Assembly (NCBI GenBank): GCA_002422995.1
Contig: DIUK01000096.1
Coordinates: 1 to 49,421, forward strand
Reading direction: 5' to 3'
DNA: 49,421 bases
Source: Rhodocyclaceae bacterium UBA6160
GTDB taxonomy: Bacteria > Pseudomonadota > Gammaproteobacteria > Burkholderiales > Rhodocyclaceae
Part shown: positions 19,514 through 28,352 of the stretch, piece after piece
How positions within the stretch are numbered: position 1 is the stretch's first letter
Layout: every line of letters begins with the position of its first letter
The notes under the pieces: model-generated
Told to the model about the DNA's origin: nothing
Databases searched by the model: none
What the model saw: the letters and a program-made list of their open reading frames with translations, nothing else
Program-made: the position numbers and the translations under genes

Positions 19514-20511
19514 TGTCTGCAGCAAAAATTATTTTGCGCAAGCTGTTGTATCGCACCGGGGTGTTGGGCCTCATGCATCGCCTGCGCAACCGCCACACAC
19601 TCACCGTGTTCATGTTTCATCGCGTGTTGCCAAAACAGTCAGCCGAATATCAAACCGCTGAAAAGGAATTCACTTTTACGGTAGAGGGCTTTGGCCAGTG
19701 CCTCGATTTCATTCAAAGCCATTACCACGTCGTATCACAAGCTGAAGTCACCGCACACTTGAACGGCAAGAAGCACTTGCCCGCATGCGCAGGGCTGATC
19801 ACCTTCGATGACGGTTGGCGCGATACGCTCACCCATGCGCTGCCTGAACTCAAAAAACGCAACTTGCCTGCAGTTCTTTTTCTCGCCACTGAAGTCGTTG
19901 ATCTTCAGGCTGAGGATTGGTGGCAGGACGTGCTCGTCGAACTGCTCGCGCAAGAAGGCGGCCTTTCTTCCATAAAGTCGGCGCTGGCGATACGGCAATT
20001 ACCTGACGAAAGCCGGTCTGATGAGCTGCGCCGCATCACGGCGACTTTAGGCGCGATGGAGGAACCGCAGCGCCAGGCGATTTTGCAACCACTGGTGTCA
20101 CGCCCGCCGGGCACACGGCAAATGCTCAACCGTGCCGATCTTGAATTACTGCGCCCGTCGATTACTATCGCCGGCCACGGCCACAGCCACGCACCGCTCT
20201 CGCATCATCCTCACGCCAGTGACGATTTGGCCGCTTGCCGGGCGCAACTGCAAGCCATCGGCGGCGAAGATTCGGTGCTGTCCTTCCCGCATGGCGCGTA
20301 TGCCCCGGCCACGCTGCAACAAGCTCGGGCAGCGGGGTTTCGCGTGTGTTATTCCAGTGATCCGATACTGGTGAATACATCCATCAGCAGATCAACCCAG
20401 ACCCCGCTGGGGCGCATTCATATCCCTGAAAATGAATGGACGAGTGATGCGAAAGGCATCGCTGGTGAAAAGCTGGCGACGTTTCTGTTTTTCCGTACGA
20501 TAGAACAATGA
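19513..20511 (+). CDS. Polysaccharide deacetylase (CE4/NodB-like), second copy
   Basis: MFHRV, ITFDDGW, AGHGHSH and SFPHG. Confidence 0.85.
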   Translation: MSAAKIILRKLLYRTGVLGLMHRLRNRHTLTVFMFHRVLPKQSAEYQTAEKEFTFTVEGFGQCLDFIQSHYHVVSQAEVTAHLNGKKHLPACAGLITFDDGWRDTLTHALPELKKRNLPAVLFLATEVVDLQAEDWWQDVLVELLAQEGGLSSIKSALAIRQLPDESRSDELRRITATLGAMEEPQRQAILQPLVSRPPGTRQMLNRADLELLRPSITIAGHGHSHAPLSHHPHASDDLAACRAQLQAIGGEDSVLSFPHGAYAPATLQQARAAGFRVCYSSDPILVNTSISRSTQTPLGRIHIPENEWTSDAKGIAGEKLATFLFFRTIEQ

Positions 20512-21575
20512 CATCATTCATCCTCGGTAAAAATCTTTACATCCGGCGCATTGATGAACTCACGACAGAAGAAGTCGCTGTGTGGGACCAACTGCTGCTG
20601 GCGGATGATTTACGACGTGCCTTCATGAGCTACCGCTATGTGCGCACCGTCGCTGAAACGGGGGGCGATGTGGTTATCTTGGTGCTCTATGATAATCACG
20701 CCCCATGCGGATTCTTGCCCTTGCAACGCGTTGCTGGCCTGCGCGGGAAAGTGGGGATTTTTGAGCCAGTCGGCGATGTGATGACCGATTATTTTGGCTT
20801 GGTCGCAGCGGCTGGTACGCATCTCAGGATCGAAAAACTTTTAGCAGCAACGCGCGGAAGAGTAAACGCAGTATTGTTTTCGCATCTGGATGAAACGCAG
20901 GCACGGTTTGGTTTGACAGGCGAAGAGCAGCGAGCGGGGCTGCGCACGCGGCTTAGCGCATCGCTTGACCAACCCGCCAGTGATTACTGGGTAAATTTAC
21001 GCAAGTCCGACAAAAAACTGGTCTATGACACCGAGCGCCGCGAAAAAAAATTAATCAATGAAATCGGCCCCATAACATTCGAGTGGACCTCACAAAATCC
21101 AGCCCGTGACATGGCCTGGCTGATTGAATCGAAAAAAGCGCAATACACCCGCACAGGCAAGACGCAAGCCCCGTTGTTCGACAGCCATAAAGTGGCTTTG
21201 CTTAACTGTCTGTTGCAATCGCAAGAAGAAAACTGCCAGGGCGTTTTATCAACCCTGCGCTGTGGTGAAGAAATTATCGCCGTGCATTTCGGGCTGCGTT
21301 GTCACGACATGCTGCACGTCTGGTTTCCAGTGTACAACCCAAAGTATTCGAGCTATTCGCCGGGGCGAATTTTGTTCAAGCATCTTTTTTCGGCGGCCGC
21401 CACTGAGGGTATTCAAGTGTTTGATCGTGGTGAAGGCGATACCCAGGCCAAGCGTGATTTTGCCAACATAACGCACCAGTTTTCACGCGGACTCTGGCGT
21501 GCCACGGGTTGGCGTGGCCTGCGCGCGCGCGTTATGCTCAGCATTTTTTGGCGTTTTAGGCGCTGGATTATCTAG
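20508..21575 (+). CDS. GNAT family acyltransferase (CelD/BcsL-like)
   Basis: MTDYFGLV, AVHFGL, WFPVYNPKYSSYSPGRIL and FDRGEGDTQAK. Confidence 0.85.
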   Translation: MTSFILGKNLYIRRIDELTTEEVAVWDQLLLADDLRRAFMSYRYVRTVAETGGDVVILVLYDNHAPCGFLPLQRVAGLRGKVGIFEPVGDVMTDYFGLVAAAGTHLRIEKLLAATRGRVNAVLFSHLDETQARFGLTGEEQRAGLRTRLSASLDQPASDYWVNLRKSDKKLVYDTERREKKLINEIGPITFEWTSQNPARDMAWLIESKKAQYTRTGKTQAPLFDSHKVALLNCLLQSQEENCQGVLSTLRCGEEIIAVHFGLRCHDMLHVWFPVYNPKYSSYSPGRILFKHLFSAAATEGIQVFDRGEGDTQAKRDFANITHQFSRGLWRATGWRGLRARVMLSIFWRFRRWII

Positions 21576-21765
21576 GGCAATGCCGGAAATTTTTGTCGTT
21601 ATTGATTAGTTACAGTCAGAAAATTTTCCAGACTGCGTATCCAGGCTGAATGTCGTTGCACAGAAAGATCGGCAACGATCGCTGGTGTCTGGATACACAT
21701 AAATGATCTGAATACAGTACTGTATTTGTCCTTGCTGGAAATATTTACGGCCAGCAGTTGATGGC

Positions 21766-21777
21766 AATAGTTGCGAC
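21766..21777 (+). repeat. 12-bp direct repeat AATAGTTGCGAC, left copy
   Basis: Identical to 26017-26028. The pair brackets three genes. Confidence 0.7.
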
Positions 21778-21782
21778 CTGCC

Positions 21783-23381
21783 TCACTTTGCGGTCGCACT
21801 GCAACGAAGCACAACCACCCCGCGGAACTGCCAGATTTCTTCACGTGTGGCTGAGGCACACCCAGCACCATCTTTTAGCAAATCGTTGTTGCCTACTTCC
21901 CAGAAACCGGCAGATGTAACCGTGCTTGGTAGCGGGCTCATGCCGATCCACATTGCGCCGTTTGGGGTGGCAAGTTCACGGGTTTCCGGCAACAGCCCCA
22001 GACGTGTGAGCCACGTGGTTCCGAGACGTGCATAAATCCGCGTCCAAGTTTCTGATCCATCGGCTTTTAGGGGGTCCTGAATCTCAAGAAGACTCCCCCA
22101 ACTTGGGCCTTGAAGATATCTGGCCATGCCCCAAAATGCAACATTGATTGGTACGTAAATCGGTAGCTTTTCAGTGTTGGTTTTAGCAAGATGCAGTGCC
22201 GCTTCCCGGTACTGCATCTTGCGCGGTAGTCCAGTCTGGCTCCAGGCAATGGCCACTAATGCGGCGCAGAAGATACCGCTGAGACCGATCAAGATCATGG
22301 GATGCTGCCGCGACGTACCTTGGTTTCTCGAGTATAAAGAGTGCCATAGCAGGGCTGCGGACAGCGCGAGAAAGGGCGCGCAAAAGGCAAGCGCGCGGTC
22401 AATCCACACCGGGCGAACGGCCAAGGACACAATTGCCAGTATCAGAACTGGCCAGACCACAAAAGATAACAGGGTATGCCGGGTTGTCCGGTTCCCGGCG
22501 ATGAGCGCGACTGCGACAAACGCCATAATGGCCAAGGCCATCACCAAGCGAATGGTGCTTGGAATTTCCAGGGTGCCATAACCAAGAGCCCAACCTGAAA
22601 GCGTCTTGACGACAGCCTCGAAGCTTGGGGTGCCCGTATGCGAAACCGAACGCATGCTGGCATTGACTAACCAAGGAGCAAGCAGGATACCTGCGCTTAA
22701 GACAACACCCCAGGAGCGAATGAGCCCCTTGAAGCCAAAGCTACTCCAGCGGCCCAGTAGTGCGTAGAGCAGAACAGATGAAACAGGAACAAAAGCCGAA
22801 CTGTGGGTGCTGGCAAGGGCACCCAGCACAGCCACTAACCAAACTGCATTTCTCGGCTTGGGGTTGTTGATCCATCGTTCTGCACGAATCCAGCCAATGA
22901 CCGTTAAACAGGAAATCATCGCGTACATGCGCAGCTCTGTGGCGTAGTAGATTTCGCTACCCAATGCGGCGAGTAGAGTTGCCGCTAATAGCGCGGTGAC
23001 AGGCCCGGCAAGGCGATATACACCATAGGTAGCCGCCAACAGAGTTCCCATGCTCCAAGCCACCGAATTTGCGAGAAGCCATTCATCCGCAACTGAAGGC
23101 AAGCTCCACAGCTTCAACTGCAAGTAGTAGAGGGGAGGGTGAATGTCGAAACGGAGAACGGCGACAATCACTTCCAGGGGATTCAGGTTGGCAAAGGACG
23201 CGCCAAACACTTCGTCTTGCCACAAGCCATCAACGCCAAGTGCCCTGCATCGCAGCACTAGGGCGAGTGAAGTAATCAGGAAGGCAACGAGCGCCCCTAT
23301 CCATACGGGTATCGTTTTTGTTGCCTGGGTTGGATAAGAGAGGTGAGATGTGAGCAAGTCTATCGAGCCGTTCTTTTTCAT
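21783..23381 (-). CDS. GT-C fold membrane glycosyltransferase (PMT/ArnT-like, polyprenyl-phosphate-sugar dependent)
   Basis: GLWQDE after TM1, DIHPPLYY, ELRMYAM, about 11-12 TMs and a soluble C-terminal domain. Confidence 0.8.
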   Translation of the reverse strand: MKKNGSIDLLTSHLSYPTQATKTIPVWIGALVAFLITSLALVLRCRALGVDGLWQDEVFGASFANLNPLEVIVAVLRFDIHPPLYYLQLKLWSLPSVADEWLLANSVAWSMGTLLAATYGVYRLAGPVTALLAATLLAALGSEIYYATELRMYAMISCLTVIGWIRAERWINNPKPRNAVWLVAVLGALASTHSSAFVPVSSVLLYALLGRWSSFGFKGLIRSWGVVLSAGILLAPWLVNASMRSVSHTGTPSFEAVVKTLSGWALGYGTLEIPSTIRLVMALAIMAFVAVALIAGNRTTRHTLLSFVVWPVLILAIVSLAVRPVWIDRALAFCAPFLALSAALLWHSLYSRNQGTSRQHPMILIGLSGIFCAALVAIAWSQTGLPRKMQYREAALHLAKTNTEKLPIYVPINVAFWGMARYLQGPSWGSLLEIQDPLKADGSETWTRIYARLGTTWLTRLGLLPETRELATPNGAMWIGMSPLPSTVTSAGFWEVGNNDLLKDGAGCASATREEIWQFRGVVVLRCSATAK

Positions 23382-23414
23382 GTAGTTGGCGGTTGAGTTG
23401 TCGTGATAAGAATC

Positions 23415-24845
23415 TCAGATCGCGATGAGTGTCACAAAAGCCATGGCAACACAGACAATCCAGCTGCCGCGATCACGCAGGCTGAATACCAGTGGGTCGT
23501 CGTGCATTTCTCCGCGCGAGGTTTTAATCCACAGTCGTGAAGTCCAATACAGCATCAACGGACAAAGCAGCCACAGCAGGCGGGGGTGGCTGTAATGGTC
23601 GCTCACGGCCGGGCTGTCGACATAAAGGGCCAGAATCAGCACAGCAAGATAGCCTGCCGAGATGCCCATGCTGCTGATGACCTGCGCATCATCAAGCCGA
23701 TAGTCGCGACCTTTGGCCGCCTCGCGTGCAAGTTTTTCCATGGTGACCAGTTCTGCAGCGCGTTTGACCAATGCCAGGCTGAGGAAAGTGAACATCGAGA
23801 AGGCCAGCAGCCATGAAGAGATATCGACGCTGATGACAATCGCGCCAGCAATGATGCGTACCGTATAAAGCAGAGCGAGCAAGATCACGTCAATCAGCAC
23901 ATAGGACTTGAAATAGAGCGAATACGACAACGTGAGAGCAAGATAGCTCAGCAGAGCCAGCAAGAACCATAGCGAGATGCTGGCGGCGAGAAGCAGGCCG
24001 CCAAGCAGTAACAGGGCCATGCCAATACAGCCAGGCACGATGCCCAGATTACCCGCAGCGAAGGGTCGCCGGCACTTGCGGGGATGCTTGCGATCACTCG
24101 CAAGATCAAGCAAGTCATTGAGCATGTAGGTCGCCGATGCCACGAGACCGAAAGCAATGAATGCCAGCGCAATAGCCGCCAGGTTGCTGGCGGTGAAGGC
24201 ATGGGATGTCAACAGGGGCACCCCAATCAGCAGGTTTTTCATCCACTGGTGCAGACGCGTTTGCTTTAACCAGATGCGCCACAGCGGGGGCCTGTCATCA
24301 AAAACCTGGCTGACTTCCGTGCGTTGCCGTGCGCCGCGTATCACGCCGGAACCCGGATTCACGACAATCGCCTGGCGCGCACTGGCCCAGATCGGGAAAT
24401 CGGCATGGGCGTTCCCCGCGTAATCGAACGGAGCGCCGTTAGTGATTTTTAATATTGCCGCCAACTTGACTTCGCTACGTAAATTATTCTTGCCATCACT
24501 GCATAACACGCTCTGAAAGATACCAAGACGCTTAGCTATGGGTTGTGCAAGGCAGGCGTCCGATGCAGTGGCAAGGTGAATGGTGCGCCCAGAGGCGTGC
24601 TGCGCCTGCAGGTAAGCAACGAACTCGTTTTGCAAAGGCAGTGTGTCGTTTTCCAGGCTGACGCGCTCGGCGATGCGGGCTTTCAAATGGGCCTTGCCGC
24701 GCAGCAGCCAAAAGGGCATGACAAAGATCATCCATGGCGCTTGCTTGACCAGCGCCAGCGCACTCTCTGCAAGCAGATCCGTCTTGATGAGCGTGCCATC
24801 AAGATCAACAAATAAAGGCACGGATCGGGGGGTGTCTGAGGTCAT
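23415..24845 (-). CDS. HAD-domain/UbiA fusion, putative polyprenyl-phosphate phosphoribosyltransferase
   Basis: N-terminal HAD motif VDLDGTL. UbiA motifs RLHQWMKN, NDLLDLASDRKHPRKCRRPFAAG, LALVKR and RGEMHDDP. Confidence 0.9.
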   Translation of the reverse strand: MTSDTPRSVPLFVDLDGTLIKTDLLAESALALVKQAPWMIFVMPFWLLRGKAHLKARIAERVSLENDTLPLQNEFVAYLQAQHASGRTIHLATASDACLAQPIAKRLGIFQSVLCSDGKNNLRSEVKLAAILKITNGAPFDYAGNAHADFPIWASARQAIVVNPGSGVIRGARQRTEVSQVFDDRPPLWRIWLKQTRLHQWMKNLLIGVPLLTSHAFTASNLAAIALAFIAFGLVASATYMLNDLLDLASDRKHPRKCRRPFAAGNLGIVPGCIGMALLLLGGLLLAASISLWFLLALLSYLALTLSYSLYFKSYVLIDVILLALLYTVRIIAGAIVISVDISSWLLAFSMFTFLSLALVKRAAELVTMEKLAREAAKGRDYRLDDAQVISSMGISAGYLAVLILALYVDSPAVSDHYSHPRLLWLLCPLMLYWTSRLWIKTSRGEMHDDPLVFSLRDRGSWIVCVAMAFVTLIAI

Positions 24846-24930
24846 AATTCAGTCGGGTCAATAGAGAGTGAGGGTGATTATATGCAATTCGCCTATGCCT
24901 GAAAGACGAGTGAATACCCACGCCCGTGTT

Positions 24931-25998
24931 TTATTTAAAACGAATTTTTACGCGCTCGGCAGGCGAGGCAAGCAGCCCCAAGGCAACAGAGATTACCAGT
25001 GCCAAGAGCCAAACGGCAAGGATAGGTATGCCGAGCTGCTTTCCAGCTAAGGTGGCGATGGTATAGCCAGCGCCTTGCCAGAGATAAATTGAGTATCCCG
25101 AGGTGATGAAAGGCTTCAGCCAGACGGCATCACCCAACTTTTCGAACCATGCAACAACGCGTGGCTTGTTGAATACGATAAATAGAAATAAAGAGATCCA
25201 GAGGCATGAGAATAGAAAAAATAATGCGTTCGGGGGGAATTTATTGACCTGCATATCCAGCATATGAATGTCATGGCCAGCAATGACCATGCTGACAAGC
25301 AGCGCTAGTGAAACGAATGCAATCGTCAAAAAGTTGACTCGGCGGAAGTACTCTTTTGAGTGCGCAAGATAATAGCCAAATAACGAGAAAATCAAATAAA
25401 ACGCAGATTGTTTGATCAGGTTTTCAATGTTTCTGGCCGGGAGGTGAACTTCAGAGAGAAAAACCTCCAATAGCGTAACCCCAAGAACCAAGGCTAATAA
25501 ATGAGGGCTCTTGAGCGGACGAAATTTTGTCACGATTGGCATAGCCGCAGTGACAATCAAAAACACAGGAATAAACCACAAATGCCAATTGAGCATGCCA
25601 GTAGAAAAGCCCTGGCCGGCCTTCACTGGGTTTAACCAGGCGCTCGTTAAGTTGAGCAATGAGACTGTCGCACCGCCGCCGTTAAATGACATGGCATATA
25701 CATAAAGAATGCAAAAAATTGCATACACCATGTACGGTAAAAGAATTCTGGTACATCGTGCGGCGAGAAACAAGCTATACGTTTTTATATCTGATTGCCG
25801 CATCGCCTGGCCATTTTTTGACTGTTCATACAAGTAATATGAATAGCCGGAAACGATAAAGATTGCAGGCATCTCAAACAGCAATAAAGCGCTGATGAAT
25901 TGTGGAAGCAGATGCAGCCAAAAGAGCCCATGAATAACGAAGACAATGTATAACATCAACATGCCCCGCGTTGTATCAATGGTTTTTATGCGCGCCAA
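24931..25998 (-). CDS. Acyltransferase family 3 (OafA-like membrane O-acyltransferase)
   Basis: RIKTIDTTRG...H, MPAIFIVSG, RILLPY, HLWFI, KFPP and SIYLWQ. TTG start behind an AAGGGGG RBS. Confidence 0.85.
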   Translation of the reverse strand: MARIKTIDTTRGMLMLYIVFVIHGLFWLHLLPQFISALLLFEMPAIFIVSGYSYYLYEQSKNGQAMRQSDIKTYSLFLAARCTRILLPYMVYAIFCILYVYAMSFNGGGATVSLLNLTSAWLNPVKAGQGFSTGMLNWHLWFIPVFLIVTAAMPIVTKFRPLKSPHLLALVLGVTLLEVFLSEVHLPARNIENLIKQSAFYLIFSLFGYYLAHSKEYFRRVNFLTIAFVSLALLVSMVIAGHDIHMLDMQVNKFPPNALFFLFSCLWISLFLFIVFNKPRVVAWFEKLGDAVWLKPFITSGYSIYLWQGAGYTIATLAGKQLGIPILAVWLLALVISVALGLLASPAERVKIRFK

Positions 25999-26016
25999 TT
26001 GAACCCCCTTATTTTT

Positions 26017-26028
26017 AATAGTTGCGAC
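26017..26028 (+). repeat. 12-bp direct repeat AATAGTTGCGAC, right copy
   Basis: Identical to 21766-21777. Confidence 0.7.
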
Positions 26029-26262
26029 TGGATCTGATGCCGGAGATAGCTAGCCGTCAGAGTGAATGACATCCTTGCACTGACTGCTCGTTACTCGAAC
26101 AGATTGGCGGGTGTTTCTTTGCACACAAACATAATCAATGGCGAACCCATGCTTTGCGCCGCTGTCCAGTTTATCCTGCAGCAACGCTTTGGCCTGAAAG
26201 CGACGCTTAATATCAATGTCCCTCTTTTTCAGATCTCGAGTTTTAGAAGCCGTAGCGAAACG

Positions 26263-27390
26263 TTAAGATTTCAACCTTTCACAATCAATCAGGTCAATCA
26301 GCTCAAGAAGGCCAATCAGGTCCGCCGCCACTGCTGGCGCCTGGGCCCACAGGAAAGATCCAAAGGTCATGCTGTAGTCCCCCATGCCTGCTGCCTCGCC
26401 AGAGCATTGGCCGACACGGCCTTTATCATCGGTCACTGATTCGATAGCGGAGCGGGCCCGATCCAGCATGCGGGGCTGAAATACGGCCTCGGCAAAATTT
26501 GCTTGGCGCCAGCGTGCCAGCGCATAGGCTACTAACGCCGTGACAGAGCTATCCGGTGCTGCGAACGGCTCATCCAGCCGCCAGGGCCAGTGGCCGTCTT
26601 CGCGCTGGCAGGTGGCGAGCTTTTCCAGCAACTGCTGGCCACGCGCAAGCCAGCGGGTTTTATCTTCGCCCTCGGGCAATTCGCAGACGGTATCGACCAC
26701 GCCAACCAACAGCCAGCCCACGCCGCGCCCCCAACCGGCGATACCACTGGTTTCAAGCGTGTTGGCATCAAAGGCATGAAATATCCAGCCATCGTCAGCC
26801 CGGCCATGCTGCCATAGGGCATCTAGCTGGCGCAGGGCGATGTTGGCGTAATGTGGCTTAGCGGTTAAACGCGAAAGCCGGGCCAGAAACGGGCAGATAA
26901 AGGCCACGGTATCGACCAATACCCAATGTTTTCCCGCTGTGTAGGGAATGCAGCCTTTTTGTGCACCTGGCAGGCACGCAAACGCCTCGCCCTGCGCCTT
27001 GGCGAAAGTCAGGTAACGCGGATTTTGCGTCAATTCGAATAATCTCAGCGCCGCATAACCCAGCCCGCCGCGATCTATCGCCACGCCAGCGAGAGTTGCC
27101 TGCCCTTGCGGGTCGATCAGGCCGTGAAAGCATTTTTCTATCCACGCACATTCTTTTTTGGCTTGATCGCTTGAAGCATTAAGGCATAAAAAAGCCAGGC
27201 CCAGCGGCCAGGTGAGCGCACCCGAGGGGCGGCCAAGCAAACGATAACCCAGCCGCGATAAACGCCAGCCCGATAACTTGAGTGCTGAACGCACCCCATG
27301 CGAGCGAGTGCCCAACCACCAGGCATAGCGTTGCGCAGCAGAAACCAGCCGGGCATGGCGGGCAGCGCTGATGATTGTTTGCGGCGCCAT
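26263..27390 (-). CDS. Glycoside hydrolase family 88/105-like protein (YteR-like unsaturated uronyl hydrolase fold)
   Basis: VLVDTVAFICPFL, IFHAFD, WGRGVGW, QREDGHW and DSSVTA correspond to GH105 motifs. Confidence 0.75.
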   Translation of the reverse strand: MAPQTIISAARHARLVSAAQRYAWWLGTRSHGVRSALKLSGWRLSRLGYRLLGRPSGALTWPLGLAFLCLNASSDQAKKECAWIEKCFHGLIDPQGQATLAGVAIDRGGLGYAALRLFELTQNPRYLTFAKAQGEAFACLPGAQKGCIPYTAGKHWVLVDTVAFICPFLARLSRLTAKPHYANIALRQLDALWQHGRADDGWIFHAFDANTLETSGIAGWGRGVGWLLVGVVDTVCELPEGEDKTRWLARGQQLLEKLATCQREDGHWPWRLDEPFAAPDSSVTALVAYALARWRQANFAEAVFQPRMLDRARSAIESVTDDKGRVGQCSGEAAGMGDYSMTFGSFLWAQAPAVAADLIGLLELIDLIDCERLKS

Positions 27391-27398
27391 CAACGGGT

Positions 27399-28352
27399 TT
27401 ACACCAACAGGTGGCTTTTTAGTGCCAGAACCGCCTGACGCAAAGGGGTGAGGGCGATGTAGGCGGCTGAACGCAGCGGCAAGCCCCCGCCTTTGAGTGC
27501 GCGGAAAAACGCGCGTCGGGCAACCGCGGGCGAGCCCTGCCAGAAGTGGTTATAGCCGTGGGTGAATTCACTTGTGGCCAGCCGTTTTTTGAATTCTTCT
27601 GCGGGCCAATTTGTGCCATCGGGGTTGGTTAGCCCCCAGCGGCTCACCGCGATTTTAAGCAGCTCGGTGAGATGGTTTTCCGGATCCAAACGTCGCATCG
27701 CGCTGGCCTCGTGAATGCGGTAGAGCGCCACCGGGCCATCCAGCGCATGCATCGGGTAGATGCGCGAAACTTTGAGCCAGAACAGATAATCCTCACCGAT
27801 GCGCATCGACGCATCAAATCCACCCAGCAGCGTGAACACCTCGCGACGTATCACGGCGGTATTCATGCCCACCAGCAAGCCACCGAGCAAGCGGGTATAC
27901 AGCCAGCCCGAGCGTTCCGCCTCGCAGCGGGTGAGCGCGCTGCAATCCTGCGTCAGGCTGGACGCATCCGGAAAGCGACCGTCGGCTGCGCGCGTCCATT
28001 TGGTAAAGCCGCCAAACACGCAGCCGACTTCCGGGTGCTGTTCAAAATAGTGAATCTGTGCCGCCAGCTTGCCGGGAAACCAGACATCGTCGGCATCTAA
28101 AAACGCAAAAAATTGCCCACGGGCAAGCTGCATGCCGGTGTTTCTGGCAGTCGAAACCCCGCTGCCTGCCAGGCGATGCACGCGAATTCGCGCATCAAAC
28201 TGCGTGAGCGTCTGGTAATCAAAGTCATCCGAACCATCGTCAATGACGATGATTTCAAGATCGCTGAAGCTCTGAGAGCAAACGCTGGCCAAGGCCTCGT
28301 GAATGAATTCACGCCCATTGCGCACGGGGATGATGACGGAAACGGCGGGCAT
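27399..28352 (-). CDS. Glycosyltransferase family 2
   Basis: VSVIIP, VIDDGS, GVSTARNTG, FLDADD and GEDY. Confidence 0.92.
   Translation of the reverse strand: MPAVSVIIPVRNGREFIHEALASVCSQSFSDLEIIVIDDGSDDFDYQTLTQFDARIRVHRLAGSGVSTARNTGMQLARGQFFAFLDADDVWFPGKLAAQIHYFEQHPEVGCVFGGFTKWTRAADGRFPDASSLTQDCSALTRCEAERSGWLYTRLLGGLLVGMNTAVIRREVFTLLGGFDASMRIGEDYLFWLKVSRIYPMHALDGPVALYRIHEASAMRRLDPENHLTELLKIAVSRWGLTNPDGTNWPAEEFKKRLATSEFTHGYNHFWQGSPAVARRAFFRALKGGGLPLRSAAYIALTPLRQAVLALKSHLLV

Noticed and set aside
21711-21726. Palindrome AATACAGTACTGTATT as a LexA box
   Set aside because: Half-site order and spacing (ACAG-TA-CTGT) do not match CTGT-N8-ACAG. Kept only as part of the structured region.
21599-21871. 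90-aa - strand ORF
   Set aside because: Overlaps the GT-C 3' end, has no RBS or motif, and lies over the hairpin-rich region.
26030-26439. 125-aa + ORF at 26062 and a startless - strand open frame (RDLKKRDIDIKRRFQAK…) in the 26.0-26.26 kb gap
   Set aside because: The + ORF overlaps the GH105-like gene in antisense. The - frame could be a gene relic but cannot be identified without a search.
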